Shown here: positions 10,430 through 23,511 of the stretch, piece after piece
How the letters are laid out: each line of letters starts with the position of its first letter
Numbering within the stretch: position 1 is the first letter of the stretch
Program-made: the position numbers and the translations under genes
The notes under the pieces: model-generated
Database searches by the model: none
Told to the model about the DNA's origin: nothing
The model's input: the letters and a program-made list of their open reading frames with translations, nothing else
Source of the DNA: Marsupella aquatica
Taxonomy: Eukaryota; Plantae; Marchantiophyta
Length of the DNA stretch: 64,000 bases
Direction of reading: 5' to 3'
Assembly: GCA_973895155.1 (NCBI GenBank)
Contig: OZ316901.1
Location: 1 to 64,000 of the forward strand

Positions 10430-12243
10430 GGAATTGATATAGAAATGAGTATATGATAAACAAATTTCAATTTTCGTATATATTTTCCTATATAATCTAC
10501 AACTATTTGAGCCGGATGACTGGAAACTGTCATGTCCGATTCATCGGGGGGGAAATCTTAAAAATAACCTATCCCAATCTTTTTATTGCTAGACCTATTA
10601 ATGAAAAACCTACTTTGTTGAAATTACAGGGCTTATTTAAATATGAAGATCAATCTTGGAGGGATATTTTTCCTCGATTTTTCTCTCATGGGGGTTTTGA
10701 AGTATTTAGAAATAGAGAAATAGCTACGGGAGGGGATGCTATTAAGAAACAATTAGCAAATTTGAATTTACAGAATGTTATAAATCGAGCACATTCGGAA
10801 TGGAAAGAATTTGCTGAGCAAAAATCGACGGGGAATAGTTGGGAAGATAGAAAAATTCAAAGAAGAAAGGATTTACTCATCAGACGTATTAGATTAGCGA
10901 AACATTTTATTCAAACGAACATAAAACCAGAATGGATGGTTTTATCCGTTTTACCAGTTCTCCCTCCCGAATTGCGACCCATGATTGAATTAGGCGAAGG
11001 TGAATTAATTACATCCGATTTAAATGAACTTTATAGAAGGATAATTTATAGAAATAATACTCTTCTGGATTTCCTAGCACGCAGTGATTCAACACCTGGA
11101 GGGTTAATTGTTTGTCAAAAAAGACCAGTTCAAGAAGCTGTTGATGGATTGATTGATAATGGGATTAGAGGACAACCTGTGAGGGATAGTCATAATAGAC
11201 CGTATAAATCTTTCTCGGATTTGATTGAGGGAAAGGAAGGAAGATTTCGGGAAAATTTACTCGGAAAGCGAGTTGATTATTCAGGTCGATCAGTTATTGT
11301 CGTGGGTCCATATCTTCCATTACATCAGTGTGGTTTACCTCGAGAAATGGCAATAGAACTTTTTCAAGCATTCGTGATTCGGGCCCTTATCGGACAAAAT
11401 TTCGCTCCTAATCTCCGGGCAGCTAAAACTATGATTCAAGAAAGAAAGGCCATTATATGGAAACTTCTCGCCCAAATAATGAAGGGACATCCAATCTTGT
11501 TGAATCGAGCCCCAACACTACATAGATTAGGAATACAAGCCTTCCAACCTATTTTGGTCGATGGACGAGCTATTCATTTACACCCACTAGTTTGCGGAGG
11601 TTTTAACGCTGATTTTGATGGAGACCAAATGGCAGTTCATATACCTTTATCTTTAGAAGCTCAATCGGAGGCTCGTCTACTTATGCTTTCCCGTAGAAAT
11701 CTATTATCTCCAGCTACAGGAGAGCCTATTTGTATTCCAAGTCAGGATATGCTTCTAGGACTTTATATTTTAACAATGGAAAATTATCGTGGTATTTATG
11801 GTAATAGGCATCACCCATTTTATAAAAAGAAGAATAATCTTGATAAAAATGAGAGTAATACTTCCATTGAAAAAATTTCTTTTTTTAAGATACCATATTT
11901 TTATAGTTATAATGATGTTTTGGAAGCTTATCAACAAAAAATAATAGATTTACATAGTCTTTTGTGGCTGCAGCGGCAAAACGAACTTAAAATGGTTACT
12001 TCAACAATTCGGGCAGAACCTATTGAAATAAGATATAAACCCTTTGGAAACTTTTCAAAAATTTATGAACATTCTCAAATAAGGAGAAATAGAAACCGGG
12101 AAATCCTAAGCATTTATATCTGTACAACTGCAGGTCGTATTTTGTTCAACCAACAAATTAGTGAAGCAATACAAGGTACTTATGAGGCAGCTTCAGAACG
12201 AGAAAGAGATTTTTGTCCGGAATATCAAAAAAATAATTTTTAA
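9489..12243 (+). CDS. rpoC1: RNA polymerase beta' subunit, join(9489..9920,10579..12243)
   Basis: Zn-finger in exon 1, YCD|GTGTG junction, NADFDGDQM catalytic motif in exon 2; 698 aa. Confidence 0.96.
9921..10578 (+). other. rpoC1: group II intron of rpoC1
   Basis: GTGTG start, domain V at 10509-10542, ...CCCAAT end. Confidence 0.9.
10383..10426. repeat. (TA)22 microsatellite in the rpoC1 intron
   Basis: 44 nt of uninterrupted TA. Confidence 0.95.
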
Positions 12244-12333
12244 TTAGAAAACATAAGTAGAGCAACCGTCGGAAAATTAACGGCTTAAATTCGTTGATGA
12301 TTCATGTTTATAAAGAGAGAGAGGTTTTCTACC

Positions 12334-15300
12334 ATGGCAGAACCAGTCAATTTGATATTTTATAATAAAGTTATGGATCGAATTGGCATGAAACAACTCA
12401 TAAGCAGATTTATATCTCGTTTTGGAATTGCATATACAACACATGTTTTGGATCAATTAAAAACATTGGGTTTTCAACATGCTACTTCAGGAGCCATTTC
12501 TTTAGGTATTGATGATCTTTTAACAGCACCTTCTAAGGGGTGGCTTATCGAAGATGCGGAACAATATACGAACCTTTCGGAGAAACATTTTAATTATGGT
12601 AATTTGCATGCTGTGGAAAAATTGCGTCAACTTATAGAAACATGGTATGCAACAAGTGAATATTTAAAACAAGAAATGAACCCTAACTTTAGAATGACGG
12701 ATCCCTCAAATCCAGTGCATATGATGTCTTTTTCAGGTGCACGTGGAAGTATATCCCAAGTTCATCAATTAGTAGGTATGCGAGGTTTAATGTCGGATCC
12801 GCAAGGTCAAATTATTGATTTACCTATTCAAAGTAATTTTAGGGAAGGTTTGTCTTTAACAGAATATATTATTTCTTGCTACGGGGCTAGAAAAGGGGTT
12901 GTAGATACTGCGGTAAGAACATCAGATGCTGGATATTTGACTAGGAGACTCGTTGAAGTAGTTCAACGGATTGTGGTACGGAAGATAGATTGTGGGAGTT
13001 TTTATGGTATTTTTATAAGTAATTTCTCAGTAAAAAAAAACTTTTTCGAGCAAAAATTGATTGGTCGCGTATTATCGGAAAATATATATATAAATAATCG
13101 ATGTTTTGCCACTCGTAATCAAGATATTGGAGCTTCTCCGGCTAATAGATTAACAAGCGTAAAAACAGAAACAATTTCTGTAAGATCTGCTTCAACTTGT
13201 AAAAGTATGCTTTGGGTCTGTCAATTGTGTTATGGATGGAGTCCTACGAATGGCAATTTGGTAGAAATAGGTGAAGCTGTGGGTATTATTGCAGGACAAT
13301 CTATTGGCGAGCCTGGAACACAATTAACGCTGAGAACTTTCCATACTGGAGGTGTTTTTACTGGTGATATCGCGGAGCACGTACGAGCGCCTTTTAATGG
13401 AATTATAAAATTTAACGAAAATTTGATTTGTCCAACACGTACACGTCATGGACATCCTGCTTGGATATGCCAGACTACTTTATCCTTAAGTATTCGGGGT
13501 AGAAATAAAATACATAATATTACAATTCCACCAAAAAGTTTATTATTGGTCCAAAATAATCAATACATAGAATCGAAACAAGTGATTGCCGAAATTCGTG
13601 CTAAGATATTACCCTTCAAAGAAAAAGTTCAAAAATACATTTACTCCAATTTAGAAGGGGAAATGTATTGGAGTACGAAGGTTGGTCACGCCTCTGAATA
13701 TATTCACAGTAATATTCATTCCATACTCAGAACGTCCCATATATGGATATTATCTGGAAAATCTTTTAATGGAAATAATAAATTACCAATTTTATTTTAT
13801 GAAAATCAAGATAAAATCCATTCTAAAATTTTTATTGCGAAAGAAAAAAATACTTTTTATTATTTGGGGAATAAAAACCAAATAAATATTTGTATCTCTA
13901 ATTGCTGGATTTTTCGAAAAAATAAAATTTTTACAAAATCCTGGCTAACTGACACGGTTTTCAATAGTTTAAATGATTCAGTAAATTCAAAAATTCTTTT
14001 GTTGGAATATAATGTCGTAAAGAAAAATAAAAATTTCTTTCTGCGCACGAAATATACAACTCCGTTCCTTCTTGAAATACGAAAAAATGGAATTTTACGT
14101 AATAATGATGTTTTTGCCATTTCCGATCCGCCCAAGTACAAATTGGAAAAATCAGGAATTATCAAATATGGTACTATTAAAATTGGTTCAATTAATAAGA
14201 ATCATTTTGGAGAAGGGAGGGCCAAATTTTTTCAACCAAAATATCCAATTGTGCGAGGAGGGTTTTTTTTCCATATTCCCGAAAAAACATATCTTTCTAC
14301 TAAAAAATTATCGTCCATTCTGGTGAAAAATAATGAATTGGTTCAAGCAGGTACATTAATTACTTCAAGTATAATAAGTGATATGAGCGGATTAATTAAA
14401 ATTCGGAAAGGACTTAATAGTAGTTACGAAGTAAAAATTTTACCTGGAACTATGTATTATCCAGATAAGAAATATGAAATTTCGAAACAAATAAGTATTT
14501 TAATTCCACCCGGTAAAAAAATTTTTGGAAAATTTCAGTACAATAATTGGTCATATCTCCAATGGGTTATACCTCCCAAACAAAAACCTTTTGCTTTTGT
14601 AAGACCCGCAACTAAATATGAAGTTTTTGATGAATCAAGTAAAACAAATCTTTTAAATCTATTGCGAAGAAATCCAAATTTGAAAATTAGAAATGTAAGT
14701 TATTTATTTTATGAAGATGGTCAGCAAATCGACCTATTAAATAAAAAATATATTCAGTTACTTCAAACTTGTTTGATTATACATTGGAAAGAAAAATATT
14801 TTTTGCAAAAAACTCATGTCTCATTCTTGAAAATAAAGACAAGAAAATATTTCAGAAATTTTATTCAAATGAGTTTTATAAATTCTTTTGTCGAGTTGAG
14901 GGATGAGCCGAAGAAAACGCTTGGTGTTCCGTACGTTTTGAAAAAAAATTATTACAATGATTTCTTTCCGCTTTTTGAAAACACGTGGATAAACAAACAT
15001 CAAGGTATCATACGGATTTCATCCAATGAAAATTATGAAATTAAGTCTTTTATAATTTTGTCCCCAATGGATTTAGTTTCAACATCAAAAATAACTGAAT
15101 CGGAAAAATTTTGTGTAGGAAAACATGTAAATCAATACGTTTCAAATAAATTTTTTGATTTTCATGAATATCCAAAAGATTTGAATTCTTCTGAACGAAT
15201 GAGAGAAATTAATTTAAAGAAAGATGATTTAATAAAAAATTCTTTGGGAATACTATTATCTGATAAATTGGGACTAATAGGGAATTTTCAAAATATTATA

Positions 15301-16503
15301 AATTATTTTAAATGTTTTTATTGGACTATCGAAAACAAAATGATAATAGGTAACTCTCCTATAATTCAAAAGTATACAAATACTTGTGAGAATCCAAAAT
15401 GGTATTTTGCCGATGAACGTAATAAAATTCATAAATGGATTTTCGTTAAAAATATAAATAAAAAGTTATTCAAGTTGCCTCTACCACTTTTTTATTTATG
15501 GGAAGGAAAAATAAAACAATTCAGTCTTGGAAAATTTTTATTTGATAATTTGTCTATCTCAAAAGAATCAGAAAATGATCCATCTGGTCAAATTATAGGT
15601 ATACATAGAAATTATTTCATTATCAGATTAGCCAAACCATATTTAGCTACTCGGGGAGCCATTATCCATAATAATTATGGTGAATTTATAAAAGAAGGTG
15701 ATACTTTAATAACTCTTATATACGAAAGATTAAAATCAGGAGATATAATCCAAGGTTTGCCTAAAGTGGAACAATTACTAGAAGCACGTCCCATAAATTT
15801 AGTCTCTATCAATTTAGAAGATAGTTTTGAAGATTGGAATAATGATATGAAAAAATTTATTGGTAATATTTGGGGATTCTTTCTGAGCACAAGAATAGGC
15901 ATAGAACAAGCACAAGTAATTTTGGTTGATCAAATTCAGAGAGTATATCAATCACAGGGTGTACATATATCAAACAAACATATAGAAATTATTGTACGAC
16001 AAATGACCTCTAAAGTTACTACTTTAGAAGACGGATTAATAAACATTTTTTTGCCGGGTGAGCTAATCGAATCTTCGAGAGCGCGGAGAATGAATCGTAT
16101 TTTAGAAGAAGCAATTCCTTATGAACCAATATTATTGGGGATAACTAAAGCATCTTTAAATACTGAGAGCTTTATCTCAGAAGCAAGTTTCCAAGAAACA
16201 ACTCGAGTTTTGGCAAAAGCTGCTTTGAAAGGCCGAATTGATTGGTTGAAGGGCTTAAAAGAAAATGTAATTCTTGGTGGAATCATCCCCGCGGGGACTG
16301 GATCTCAGGAAGTTATTTGGCAAATAATTATTGAAAAACAAAGAGAAATTTTTTTTGGTAAAAACAATAGATCTTTCGATGGAAAAATGAAAAATATTTT
16401 TTTATATCAAAATGAATTTTATATTTCTCCCGCTATGGGAACTATCCATAATGTATTGAAAGAAACGCTATCTGAAAATAACATAGATATATTGTCGATT
16501 TAG
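12334..16503 (+). CDS. rpoC2: RNA polymerase beta'' subunit
   Basis: [13 protein letters not shown] start; [16 protein letters not shown] and [11 protein letters not shown] motifs; 1389 aa. Confidence 0.97.
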   Translation: MAEPVNLIFYNKVMDRIGMKQLISRFISRFGIAYTTHVLDQLKTLGFQHATSGAISLGIDDLLTAPSKGWLIEDAEQYTNLSEKHFNYGNLHAVEKLRQLIETWYATSEYLKQEMNPNFRMTDPSNPVHMMSFSGARGSISQVHQLVGMRGLMSDPQGQIIDLPIQSNFREGLSLTEYIISCYGARKGVVDTAVRTSDAGYLTRRLVEVVQRIVVRKIDCGSFYGIFISNFSVKKNFFEQKLIGRVLSENIYINNRCFATRNQDIGASPANRLTSVKTETISVRSASTCKSMLWVCQLCYGWSPTNGNLVEIGEAVGIIAGQSIGEPGTQLTLRTFHTGGVFTGDIAEHVRAPFNGIIKFNENLICPTRTRHGHPAWICQTTLSLSIRGRNKIHNITIPPKSLLLVQNNQYIESKQVIAEIRAKILPFKEKVQKYIYSNLEGEMYWSTKVGHASEYIHSNIHSILRTSHIWILSGKSFNGNNKLPILFYENQDKIHSKIFIAKEKNTFYYLGNKNQINICISNCWIFRKNKIFTKSWLTDTVFNSLNDSVNSKILLLEYNVVKKNKNFFLRTKYTTPFLLEIRKNGILRNNDVFAISDPPKYKLEKSGIIKYGTIKIGSINKNHFGEGRAKFFQPKYPIVRGGFFFHIPEKTYLSTKKLSSILVKNNELVQAGTLITSSIISDMSGLIKIRKGLNSSYEVKILPGTMYYPDKKYEISKQISILIPPGKKIFGKFQYNNWSYLQWVIPPKQKPFAFVRPATKYEVFDESSKTNLLNLLRRNPNLKIRNVSYLFYEDGQQIDLLNKKYIQLLQTCLIIHWKEKYFLQKTHVSFLKIKTRKYFRNFIQMSFINSFVELRDEPKKTLGVPYVLKKNYYNDFFPLFENTWINKHQGIIRISSNENYEIKSFIILSPMDLVSTSKITESEKFCVGKHVNQYVSNKFFDFHEYPKDLNSSERMREINLKKDDLIKNSLGILLSDKLGLIGNFQNIINYFKCFYWTIENKMIIGNSPIIQKYTNTCENPKWYFADERNKIHKWIFVKNINKKLFKLPLPLFYLWEGKIKQFSLGKFLFDNLSISKESENDPSGQIIGIHRNYFIIRLAKPYLATRGAIIHNNYGEFIKEGDTLITLIYERLKSGDIIQGLPKVEQLLEARPINLVSINLEDSFEDWNNDMKKFIGNIWGFFLSTRIGIEQAQVILVDQIQRVYQSQGVHISNKHIEIIVRQMTSKVTTLEDGLINIFLPGELIESSRARRMNRILEEAIPYEPILLGITKASLNTESFISEASFQETTRVLAKAALKGRIDWLKGLKENVILGGIIPAGTGSQEVIWQIIIEKQREIFFGKNNRSFDGKMKNIFLYQNEFYISPAMGTIHNVLKETLSENNIDILSI

Positions 16504-16666
16504 AATAACGAATTCCGAAAAAATTTGATAGAATACTATTAACGAAATCATGGATTTCGGACATTTATACACATTGTATGTAATAATTTGATTTATCCCG
16601 ATAAAGATATTACATATATTTCATATATATATTTTTATCGATTCATGAAAAAAATTGAATGAGAGA

Positions 16667-17383
16667 ATGAAACAAAAATCTTGGAATATTAATTTGGAAG
16701 AAATGATGGAAGCAGGTGTTCATTTCGGTCATCAAGCACGCAAATGGAATCCTAAAATGGCACCTTATATTTTTACAGAGCGGAGAGGTATTCATATTAT
16801 AAATCTCACCCAAACTGCCCGCTTCCTATCAGAAGCTTGTGATTTAGTTTTGACTGCTGCGAGTAAGCGGAAACAATTCCTGATAGTGGGCACAAAATAT
16901 CAAGCAGCGGATTTAGTAGCTTCTGCTGCTTTGAAAGCACGATGTCATTATGTGAACCAAAAATGGCTTGGGGGTATGTTAACGAATTGGTCCACTATAC
17001 AAACACGTCTTGGAAAATTTCGAGATTTGGAGAATAAGAAACTAAAAGGCATATTCACCCAACTGCCGAAAAAAGAGGCTGCTGATTTGGAGCAGCAATT
17101 AAAACAATTACAAAAATATTTGGGTGGAATCAAATATATGACCACTTTACCCGATATTGTTACAATTATCGATCAACAAAAAGAATTTACAGCTATTCAA
17201 GAATGTATAACTTTGGGAATTCCAACAATTTGTTTGGTTGACACTGATTGTGATCCAGATGTTACCGATATACCAATTCCTGCCAATGACGATGCTAGAG
17301 CTTCTATTAGATGGATTTTGGATAAACTAACATCAGCAATTCGTGAAGGTCGCTACAATACGACTGATATAATACCCCAATAA
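16667..17383 (+). CDS. rps2: ribosomal protein S2
   Basis: [31 protein letters not shown]; IPANDDA motif. Confidence 0.96.
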   Translation: MKQKSWNINLEEMMEAGVHFGHQARKWNPKMAPYIFTERRGIHIINLTQTARFLSEACDLVLTAASKRKQFLIVGTKYQAADLVASAALKARCHYVNQKWLGGMLTNWSTIQTRLGKFRDLENKKLKGIFTQLPKKEAADLEQQLKQLQKYLGGIKYMTTLPDIVTIIDQQKEFTAIQECITLGIPTICLVDTDCDPDVTDIPIPANDDARASIRWILDKLTSAIREGRYNTTDIIPQ

Positions 17384-17600
17384 TTTATTAAAAAAATATT
17401 CCATTTTTCGATTAAAGAATAGAGTAAAATAATGGATTGGGTTGATTTATTATTACTCTCATTCGTATTATATAAAAAATAAATTTGGAATATATGGAAA
17501 ATATTCGCGGAATGGTAAATAAACATTTATGAGATAAAAAAGTAAAAAAAGTTATTTTTTTAACTTTAATTTGTAAATCTATTTTTTTAGAAGGAGTAAT

Positions 17601-18341
17601 ACGCTCGATTTTGTAGGAATTTCTAGCAATCGTTGTTACGACATATCCAATGTAGAGGTAGGTCAACATTCTTATTGGCAGTTGGGTAATTTTCAGGTTC
17701 ATGCTCAAGTACTTATAACTTCATGGATTGTAGTTGCTATATTATTAAGTTTAGCTCTATTAGCTACTCGAGATTTAAAAGCAATTCCAGCTGATGCCCA
17801 AAATTTCGTTGAATATGTTTTAGAATTTATTAGAGATTTAACACGAACTCAAATTGGAGAAGAAGAGTACAGACCTTGGGTTCCTTTCGTCGGCACTATG
17901 TTCTTATTTATTTTCGTATCCAATTGGTCGGGAGCTCTTTTCCCTTGGCGTGTTTTTGAATTACCTAATGGTGAACTTGCTGCACCCACTAATGATATTA
18001 ATACCACAGTCGCATTAGCTTTACCTACATCAGTAGCCTATTTTTATGCTGGCCCTCACAAGAAAGGGCTAAGTTACTTTGGTAAATATATACAACCAAC
18101 ACCGGTACTTTTACCAATAAATATCTTGGAAGATTTTACTAAACCTTTATCACTTAGTTTCAGGCTTTTCGGAAATATATTGGCTGATGAACTGGTTGTC
18201 GCTGCTCCCATTTCCCCCGTGCCTCTGGTTATTCCTATACCCATGATGTTTTTAGGATCATTTACAAGTGCTATTCAAGCTTTAATTTTTGCTACATTAG
18301 CAGCGGCATATATCGGAGAATCCATGGAGGGTCATCATTAA
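17601..18341 (+). CDS. atpI: ATP synthase CF0 subunit IV (a), ACG start
   Basis: An in-frame ACG follows AAGGAG-TAAT; reads [17 protein letters not shown] into ORF 17682..18341 ([13 protein letters not shown]); 246 aa. Confidence 0.93.
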   Translation, partial: TLDFVGISSNRCYDISNVEVGQHSYWQLGNFQVHAQVLITSWIVVAILLSLALLATRDLKAIPADAQNFVEYVLEFIRDLTRTQIGEEEYRPWVPFVGTMFLFIFVSNWSGALFPWRVFELPNGELAAPTNDINTTVALALPTSVAYFYAGPHKKGLSYFGKYIQPTPVLLPINILEDFTKPLSLSFRLFGNILADELVVAAPISPVPLVIPIPMMFLGSFTSAIQALIFATLAAAYIGESMEGHH

Positions 18342-18645
18342 ATTAAAAGTTAAGGCTAAGAATTACTTAAAAGTAAATATATTTGAGAGTTTCTAGATTA
18401 ATCATTAATAAAAGTTTACAAGAATTAATTCCTTAGTTAGAATTTATTTATAGAGATTATAGAGAGGGATTATTATAACCGGGAGTTTGAGAAAATTGTA
18501 AAAAACACTAGAAAATTTTTTGGTGATACTACCACCTTGAGAAAGAGACATTTTGAGTTATTAACTGCTTCGAATAGATAAAAAAATTTCAGTAAGCAAC
18601 GGAAACTAGATTTTTATTTCGATAAAAATCTTTTACTAATTTTAG

Positions 18646-18906
<261 letters not shown>

Positions 18907-19111
18907 TAAGAATAATAAACTCATAAAAAAATAGTTTTTTTCTCCTCCTTCAATTTTCTATTCTACCGAGGGAGGAGGGGAAAAAAACAAAAAATTTGTT
19001 GAACAGCAGTCTAAATCTATTAACGCGATTTGGTCTAAAAACACATGTGTTGAGTAAACAAAAGAACTCCACAAAAATTTTGTGATCTAATAATTAAAAT
19101 GAGAGGACAAT

Positions 19112-20233
19112 ACGGAAAATGAGATTTATTTTGTGACTTCTCCAAAATTTGGGACTTTAGCTAATAGTTTTGGACTAAATACAAATCTTTTAGAAACAAA
19201 TTTAATTAATTTGGGTGTAGTAGTAGGTTTATTAGTTTACTTTGGAAAGGGAGTGTGTGCGGATTGAATATCCGGATAAACAAATTGGATTTATCCAATA
19301 ATATTCGAATGAAATATATAATCCCAACGAATTACTTACTAAGAAAAGAATCTGAAGGAACCGTAGCATTTCGTAAAAATCAAAAAAAATATTTTTGATA
19401 GGGAGAAGAATCAAATATGGTTAAAGCTTAATTGCTTGAAGTCTGGGCACATAATTGGGATTTTCTTTATCTTACCATTAAAAACTTGGTTGGGGATCTA
19501 TACGATGCATAACACTCGTGTCGATAAAATTTCATTTCATAAATCATAAGGATTCGCAAAAAAAACAATTTTAATCTTTATCTAGTGCCCACTCGACAAC
19601 CTAAATTTAAATTTATTATTATCCGAAAAAACAATCTTGCTGACAATTCAAATTTTTTGTGTCGAAAGAGTCATCCACAAAAATTTTTTGGAACGTGAAA
19701 AAGAAAAAAAAATAGTGGCGACAGAATCAGTTAATAAAATTATGAAAACTGAGTGAAAAGCCGAGTGAATTGAAAAATTCATGCTCGGTTTGGGAAGAGA
19801 TTCGAAAAAATAATCTACTTCATTAAGCAATTTATTGAAAAATCGTAAACTAACTATTTTGAACACTATTCGAGACGCGGAAGAACGCTATAAAGAAGCT
19901 ACTGATAAGCTCAACCAAGCTAAGACTCGTCTGCAACAAGCAAAAGTAAAAGCTGACGATATTCGAATAAATGGATTATCCCAAATGGATAGAGAAAAAA
20001 AAGATTTAATTGATGCTGCTGATGAAGATTCAAAAAGATTGGAAGATTCAAAGAATGCTACGATTCGTTTCGAAAAACAGAGAGCTATCGAGCAAGTTCG
20101 ACAACAAGTCTCTCGTTTAGCACTGGAACGGGCTTTGGAAACATTAAAAAATTCTTTAAATAGTGAATTACATTTACGTATGATAGATCATAATATTGGC
20201 CTCCTAAGGGCCATGGAAAGTACAATTGAGTAA
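19112..20233 (+). CDS. atpF: ATP synthase CF0 subunit I (b), join(19112..19256,19824..20233), ACG start
   Basis: ACG after GAGAGGA; [18 protein letters not shown]; 145-nt exon 1 ends GTGT|GTGCG; 184 aa. Confidence 0.94.
19257..19823 (+). other. atpF: group IIA intron of atpF
   Basis: GTGCG start, domain V AAGCCGAGTGAATTGAAAAATTCATGCTCGGTTT, ...CTACTTCAT end. Confidence 0.9.
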
Positions 20234-20276
20234 CTTTTATCAGTTTCATCTTTCACAAAATAATTAATAAAAGCTA

Positions 20277-21800
20277 ATGGTAAATATTCGACCCGACGAA
20301 ATTAGCAGTGTTATTCGTACACAGATTGAACAATATAATCAAGAAGTTAAAATTGTTAATATTGGAACCGTACTCCAGGTAGGAGATGGTATCGCTCGTA
20401 TTTATGGGCTTGATAAAGTCATGGCCGGTGAGTTAGTGGAATTTGAAGATAATACCGTCGGTATTGCATTAAATTTAGAATCAGACAATGTTGGAGTTGT
20501 TTCAATGGGAGATGGGCTAGCAATACAAGAGGGAAGTTCGGTAAAAGCAACGGGTCAAATAGCTCAAATACCTGTTAGTGAGGCTTATTTAGGTCGTGTT
20601 GTAAATGCCCTAGCTCAACCAATTGATGGAAAGGGTAACATTCCTGCTTCCGAATCTCGACTAATAGAATCCCCAGCTCCTGGTATTATTTCAAGACGGT
20701 CAGTTTATGAACCGATGCAAACAGGTCTTATTGCAATTGATTCAATGATTCCAATTGGGCGTGGTCAAAGAGAGTTAATTATTGGGGATAGACAAACGGG
20801 GAAAACAGCAGTAGCTACTGATACTATTCTAAATCAGAAAGGTCAGAATGTTGTATGTGTGTATGTTGCTATTGGGCAAAAAGCATCATCGGTAGCACAA
20901 GTAGTAAATACGTTTGAAGAACGCGGTGCTCTCGAATATACAATAGTCGTTGCAGAAACTGCAAATTCTCCTGCGACATTACAATATCTTGCTCCTTATA
21001 CGGGAGCAGCGCTTGCGGAATACTTTATGTATCGTGAACAGCACACTCTCATTGTTTATGATGATCTTTCAAAACAAGCTCAAGCTTATAGACAAATGTC
21101 TCTTTTATTGAGAAGACCACCAGGCCGAGAAGCTTATCCAGGGGATGTTTTTTATTTACATTCTCGTCTATTGGAAAGAGCAGCAAAATTAAGTTCTAAT
21201 TTAGGTGAAGGTAGTATGACTGCTTTACCGATTGTTGAAACCCAAGCGGGTGATGTTTCAGCCTATATACCTACAAATGTTATATCTATTACAGATGGAC
21301 AAATATTTTCATCAGCGGATTTATTTAATGCTGGAATTCGACCGGCAATCAATGTAGGTATTTCTGTATCACGGGTTGGATCGGCCGCACAAATAAAAGC
21401 TATGAAACAAGTAGCAGGTAAATTGAAATTGGAACTTGCTCAATTTGCAGAGTTGGAAGCTTTTGCACAATTTGCTTCAGATCTTGATAAAGCTACTCAA
21501 AATCAATTAGCTAGGGGTCAGAGATTACGTGAATTATTGAAACAATCTCAATCCGCACCACTTAGTGTAGAGGAACAAGTAGCAACTATTTACACTGGAG
21601 TTAATGGTTATTTAGATGTACTAGAAACAGGGCAAGTGAAAAAATTTCTTATTCAATTACGCGAATATGTAGCGACTAATAAACCGCAGTTTATAGAAAT
21701 CGTTCGTTCAACTAAGACATTCACGGAACAAGCAGAGAAGATTTTAAAGGAAGCTATTAAAGAATATGTTGAACTTTTCTCATTTCAGGAAGGAAAGTGA
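20277..21800 (+). CDS. atpA: ATP synthase CF1 alpha subunit
   Basis: 507 aa; GDRQTGKT Walker A; [21 protein letters not shown]. Confidence 0.98.
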   Translation: MVNIRPDEISSVIRTQIEQYNQEVKIVNIGTVLQVGDGIARIYGLDKVMAGELVEFEDNTVGIALNLESDNVGVVSMGDGLAIQEGSSVKATGQIAQIPVSEAYLGRVVNALAQPIDGKGNIPASESRLIESPAPGIISRRSVYEPMQTGLIAIDSMIPIGRGQRELIIGDRQTGKTAVATDTILNQKGQNVVCVYVAIGQKASSVAQVVNTFEERGALEYTIVVAETANSPATLQYLAPYTGAALAEYFMYREQHTLIVYDDLSKQAQAYRQMSLLLRRPPGREAYPGDVFYLHSRLLERAAKLSSNLGEGSMTALPIVETQAGDVSAYIPTNVISITDGQIFSSADLFNAGIRPAINVGISVSRVGSAAQIKAMKQVAGKLKLELAQFAELEAFAQFASDLDKATQNQLARGQRLRELLKQSQSAPLSVEEQVATIYTGVNGYLDVLETGQVKKFLIQLREYVATNKPQFIEIVRSTKTFTEQAEKILKEAIKEYVELFSFQEGK

Positions 21801-21824
21801 AATATAAGTTATTTTCCAACTAAT

Positions 21825-21896
21825 TACGTCCAATAGGATTCGAACCTATACTGGAGGTTTAGAAGACCTCTATCCTATCCTTTAGACGATGGACGT
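21825..21896 (-). tRNA. trnR-UCU: tRNA-Arg(UCU)
   Basis: ACGTCCA/TGGACGT acceptor stem, GAGGT-CTTCTAA-ACCTC anticodon arm. Confidence 0.93.
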
Positions 21897-21897
21897 T

Positions 21898-21963
21898 TAT
21901 ATATCGAATATAATGGCATGGAAAAACTAATTAGTTTTTCCATGCCATTATATTCGATATATA
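21898..21963. repeat. 66-bp perfect palindrome in the trnR-trnG spacer
   Basis: TATATATCGAATATAATGGCATGGAAAAACTAA|TTAGTTTTTCCATGCCATTATATTCGATATATA. Confidence 0.9.
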
Positions 21964-21967
21964 GAGA

Positions 21968-22686
21968 AGCGGGTAGCGGGAATCGAACCCGCATCATTAG
22001 CTTGGAAGGCTAAGGGTTATAATCGACGTAGTCTTTTTTTTTGACCGTCTCTACTTCAGAACCAAACATGGAAATTTTTTTCCATTTGGCTCCCTTACAA
22101 CTAAATAAATGGTAGATACAGATACATATCTATTACCAAAATATATTTGTAACATCCATGTTAGTTTCTTCCTTTCCGGTTTAACCATTGCAGGTAAAAA
22201 AAAGACTTTATTGGATGATCCCATCAAAGAAAGGTATAATTACATAAAATAGTAAACTACAAAACTTTCTGATTACTTCGTTTCTCATTCTTATTAATAT
22301 CTATCTTTGGGAAAACGTATTTCACCGAGTAATTGGATAAAGATGCCTATATCTCTAGCAAACTAGAAATATTCTGTTTATAACCATACGGCACCGCTTC
22401 TTCGCTTCGTCTCTAATGGGCGGTGATTTAGTTACGATGAAAACAACGCTTTGGAATTTCTTTCCATAAATTTGAAAATATATCAATAAAAAATTTTATG
22501 ATCCAAAACATCCGCTTCTTCAAAATCTTTTATTGATTTTTGAAGGGATAATTTCTTTCATTACTGCAAAAGCTATGAGAGATTCAAACTCTTTAAAAAA
22601 TGAGATTCAAAAATATAAAAGACTTTAGGATCCCTTGACTTTTTTGAAAAAAACGAATCGCACTTTTACCACTAAACTATACCCGC
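21968..22686 (-). tRNA. trnG-UCC: tRNA-Gly(UCC) with a group II intron in the D-arm; exons 22664..22686 and 21968..22015
   Basis: Exon 1 GCGGGTATAGTTTAGTGGTAAAA|GTGCG; exon 2 CCTTAGCCTTCCAAGCTAA...CCCGCT. Confidence 0.93.
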
Positions 22687-22803
22687 CACGAATTGATAGT
22701 AACATAATCTTTATATATCCATCATATTCTTTTCCAATTCCATCCCCGAAAATTCGTTACTCGTAAAAAACTATGTATTATTCTCGGAGATGGAAAACTA
22801 GAA

Positions 22804-22905
22804 TTATAAATTACCTTTGCGAGCTGCTAATAAAGCAATAACTAACGGGCCTGATGCAACGATTAGACCCAGAACAATAAGCTGTGCAATAACTTCCAAA
22901 TTCAT
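22804..22905 (-). CDS. ycf12: photosystem II protein Psb30/Ycf12
   Basis: [33 protein letters not shown]. Confidence 0.95.
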   Translation of the reverse strand: MNLEVIAQLIVLGLIVASGPLVIALLAARKGNL

Positions 22906-23132
22906 TCTGATTCCACTTTCCCTTTTTTATAATTCCAAAAAATTTTGCTCAAAAAGCTATGGCGATAATAAACTAAAATCGATACAATATTAACGAGTCT
23001 ATTATATAATAATAAATCAATTAGAGATTAAACAAAACAATTTTTTTTCAATTTCCAAAATTATTAAATAATTATATTATTTACATATATATTTTTTTCC
23101 GGTTCACAAATAATTAAGGAGAATCAAAAATA

Positions 23133-23231
23133 ATGGCTCCTATTTCAGATAATCAAATTATTGTAATTCTTTTGAGTGCTTTTGTGACAGGCATCTTGGC
23201 ATTAAGATTAGGTAAAGAACTATATCAATAA
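23133..23231 (+). CDS. psaM: photosystem I subunit XII
   Basis: [32 protein letters not shown], with AAGGAG upstream. Confidence 0.93.
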   Translation: MAPISDNQIIVILLSAFVTGILALRLGKELYQ

Positions 23232-23511
23232 ATTATTCGGATTCTAGCCTAGCCAATTGAATATTGGCTAGGTCCTATCTAAACCTTGAATAAATGAATG
23301 ATTTAATATCATTTGAAAAATAAATGAGTGGAAAAAGACCCAAAATTTTTGATAAGCAAGGATATATTATACGAGATCCATCGCTATAGAAATATTAAGA
23401 AAAGCCCATTGCGAATCGGAGAGAATATCAATACAATATATTATGCTTTTCCAAAAGTGACATACCATTTCCATTTTTTTGTTACTATCTCAAATAATAA
23501 TTGTTTGATTC

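Noticed and set aside
10327-10533. ORF with a YIYIYI repeat
   Set aside because: It is the translation of the (TA)22 microsatellite on the antisense strand of the rpoC1 intron.
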